A stretch of DNA of 62,959 bases, filler included, from Porpidia crustulata (Eukaryota): assembly GCA_964255105.1 (NCBI GenBank). It is 4 parts of 4 records of this genome, joined end to end, with 100 filler letters (N's around TTAATTAATTAA, not from the genome) between each part and the next. Parts side by side here need not be neighbours in the genome. Positions count along the whole stretch, not along the records: positions 47,309 to 62,959 come from CAXUWE010000291.1; 3 more parts are not named here. One strand, written 5' to 3'. The notes under the pieces were generated by a model. The model worked only from the letters and a program-made list of their open reading frames with translations, had not been told where the DNA came from and searched no databases. Below are positions 60,259-62,959 of the stretch, piece by piece. A program made the position numbers and the translations under genes. The number at the start of each line of letters is the position of its first letter. Positions within the stretch are counted from its first letter, which is position 1.

Positions 60259-62959
60259 TCACCGGAGGAACTGTGCGCTACCACGGTGTCCAGTTCTTGC
60301 ATGGTGTAAGAACAGGTTGTTTCTTTCCATCGGCCCCGAGGCTAGCATATTGGGATCGAGAAGAGAATGTATATAACCCTTGGCATCTTATTAATAAATG
60401 TACAGACAATAGCATAACCTGTTGGTGGATAGAAGCAGGATGGATTGTAAATCTGGTAAACAGTAGCACACCCGTGGACTGCAGGTGCCGGAGGGGGTTG
60501 ACTAAGCATTACGCAAAACGCAAGCATTTAAGTGATAAAACATGTTTCGCTTCTTACATTGTTGTTCTCATTCTTACACTACGATTATTTATTGATCATC
60601 CGTTTCCTTTTTTTTTGCTCCAAAATTCCGAATAGGGTGGCATGAGTCGGATTTGGGTTGGGGTTGGACCCAACCCAAAGGCAATTCGAATATCGAAATT
60701 CTCCATTTATCTTGAGCTTTTCTATTTCATTCCCCGATTGCTATCAATCATCGGAGAATTGCTCGAAGAACGCATCGCGATGATCTTGCATGTTGATTTA
60801 AAAAACCCGGATATCCATGAACATGAAGACTTCATATCTCAAAATTTAAGACTGTCGTCCTCGACAAATTCGTGAACTCCTAATCTCTTAATCCTCTCCT
60901 CGTTCCCCGTCTTCGTCCACTTCTGCGACGCCCTCAATTTCTCTGTCGGACGCGACCTACACCCTATTCTATTGAGTCCAGGCTGAACCAGGATCTATCA
61001 ATTCGCGCTTCTGCTTGGGCGCTGAAGGCCGTTTCGTTCATCTGCTTACGTTATAGTTCCTCATACTCGCTTGATGGTTTCTCATGTTCACTCACTGCTT
61101 CCTCGTGCTCTCTCTCCTCCTTTTTGGCTCTTACTCGATCTATTTATTTTCCCTTTTGCTAGCTCATCCAATATATCCGTAATATTAATATCCGCATCGT
61201 CATCGAATATTTACTTTGTACCAAGGCTACACTCTACATATTCGATACTTACTATAGTTGAATTCGGCGATGAAACCGTGCCGGCTGTTAAGCACGGCAA
61301 TATTGAAGCCCAACTAGAATCGTAACAAGGCATACCTATAATCGCAGCTCAGTCGATGAGGCCACAACTTGGGAAACTCCAAAGAATAGTGATTTACCTT
61401 CTGCTAATGTAAGTGGCTATATCGATAGTCACGAAGGGGCAGATTGAGTTTCGCAGAGCAAGCCAGCAGAGGTCAGCGAGGTCTTGAAAAAGCTCAATTG
61501 TAATTATTTGAAGATGACAAATAAATAGAATCAGAGCCATCGTTGAATACAAGAAAGATGTCGTGTTGGTTTTTCTATCTGCGCTGCTTATACATCCCTC
61601 TTGCTCAGCGTACTAAGCGTACTCAGGGATATCAGATCATCAGCAGCCTGAGCAGCCTAAGCGTTGAGCTCCAGGATCCTAAGACCGGCATCCTCTTAGG
61701 AGTTCTACCCTAAGCGTACCCTGGAATAGTGAAAAATCATCCCATTAGATAACACCAGAACACCTCTCCCACAGGCATGCTCCCAAACGTAACCCCTGAA
61801 TGGCCATCCCTAATCTTAAGCATAAAATGGGTAATAGATATAGGATATCTATAGTAGCGTCCTGAATGGATGCAAATGTTCTACGCGAACACAGGTATTC
61901 TCCTTATCCCCTCATAGTCATCCTCTCGATTCAACTTCTCGCCATCGATGCCAATCAAGGTTTGTGTCACCAGGAGGCTGAGGAGGTCATGGCCCACTGA
62001 GGGGGGAAGGGGCCAAGCATCAAGTCGTACGTCATTAACAAAGCGCGTTACTGTGAGACTGGATGTATAACGACTCGAAGCTCCGCAAGCCAGCATGAGA
62101 AGACAGCATTCTCTATTGCTAGGATTTTTACTCTTGTCGTGACACCAACTCCACTTCAAACGCTGCAATGGAAACCCACCTTCTCTGCCACTTTAGAATC
62201 GTTCCAGTTCTGCGTTATTCTGGTTGCTGCCCCAGCTTACCTCTCCCTATTCGCGGTCCTCGAATTCCCAGTCTTTCCCTACAGTCTAAACCGATGGAAA
62301 TTGTGTCGCTGTTCGCATAGTATACTAAGCATACGCGTCATGAGTAGTGATGATACAGAAGCTCAGGCATCAGCAAGAGCACCGTATGCTTTCGCTCTTT
62401 CCACAAAGTACGGGACAAGAGAGAGTTAACGTTCATGCCCGTGAGCGCTCGTTGCCCTTGCCGAGCAGGACTTGTCTAGGTAAGTAAATTCGCTGCTCAA
62501 CTACAAGCGTTTTAGCACGTAGCTGTCTTGTCGATGTCATTAACCTGGATCATGTGGCCTTTCGGAAGAAGTCTTATCAACTAAAATGATTCGCACATAT
62601 AAAATATACAATGCGTGACATCCTGTTCAACCTCGCTACCATTAAACAAATGTAGCAAGTTCAAAATCGATAAAAAGATTCGCGACCTTATCACGTTGCT
62701 TCCACCAGGAATCGCATCTAGGATCTCATCATTTCTTCAATTAGTGATGCGCTTTACCATTAAGCCATAGAAGTTTATGTTGAAGTGTACCTTATATTGT
62801 TGAATATCATTCCGAACCTAGACCAACACGTGACCGCTGGCTAACTTAACTAGGTGCCGCCGCTTTGCTCCCCCGCTAACGCCCGTTTTGTCCATATGCT
62901 CCCTCACTGCTCCTCCATGCTCCCTCGCTGCTCGCTCGTGCTCTCACCCAGCTACCCCC

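Noticed and set aside
60600..62959. Additional cluster genes or an LTR downstream of the laccase
   Set aside because: Only short stop-ridden frames with no recognisable motifs; candidate TG...CA ends lack a target-site duplication. May be decayed sequence but cannot be called.

Overview
Eukaryotic DNA from a filamentous ascomycete (Pezizomycotina; short GT-AG introns with CTRAY branch sites). The window is a concatenation of contigs joined by artificial N44-TTAATTAATTAA-N44 linkers (15676-15775, 31443-31542, 47209-47308) plus an N44 gap (47538-47581), so gene order across those points is not real. Segments 1-2 (1-31.4 kb) are mostly core genes: CorA-type transporter, EMG1/NEP1, VOC/glyoxalase-domain protein, VAC14, URB2 (truncated), MIC10, NUP188, trifunctional TRP1/trpC and a BRCT fragment. 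Segment 3 (31.5-47.2 kb) is accessory: MITE/TIR relics, two orphan membrane proteins, a HET pseudogene with RIP-type stops, an intact HeLo-domain gene and a DUF6601 relic. The most striking feature is also here: an intronless, GC-rich, bacterial-style two-gene operon with overlapping ORFs (MazG/DCTPP1-like nucleotide pyrophosphohydrolase + GIY-YIG/DUF2075 nuclease-helicase, 43801-45877), in gap-free fungal-looking DNA behind a CT-rich leader. Segment 4 carries a non-reducing PKS + MFS exporter + laccase cluster. Family calls come from motif recognition by eye, no searches were run, and GC statements are visual estimates.
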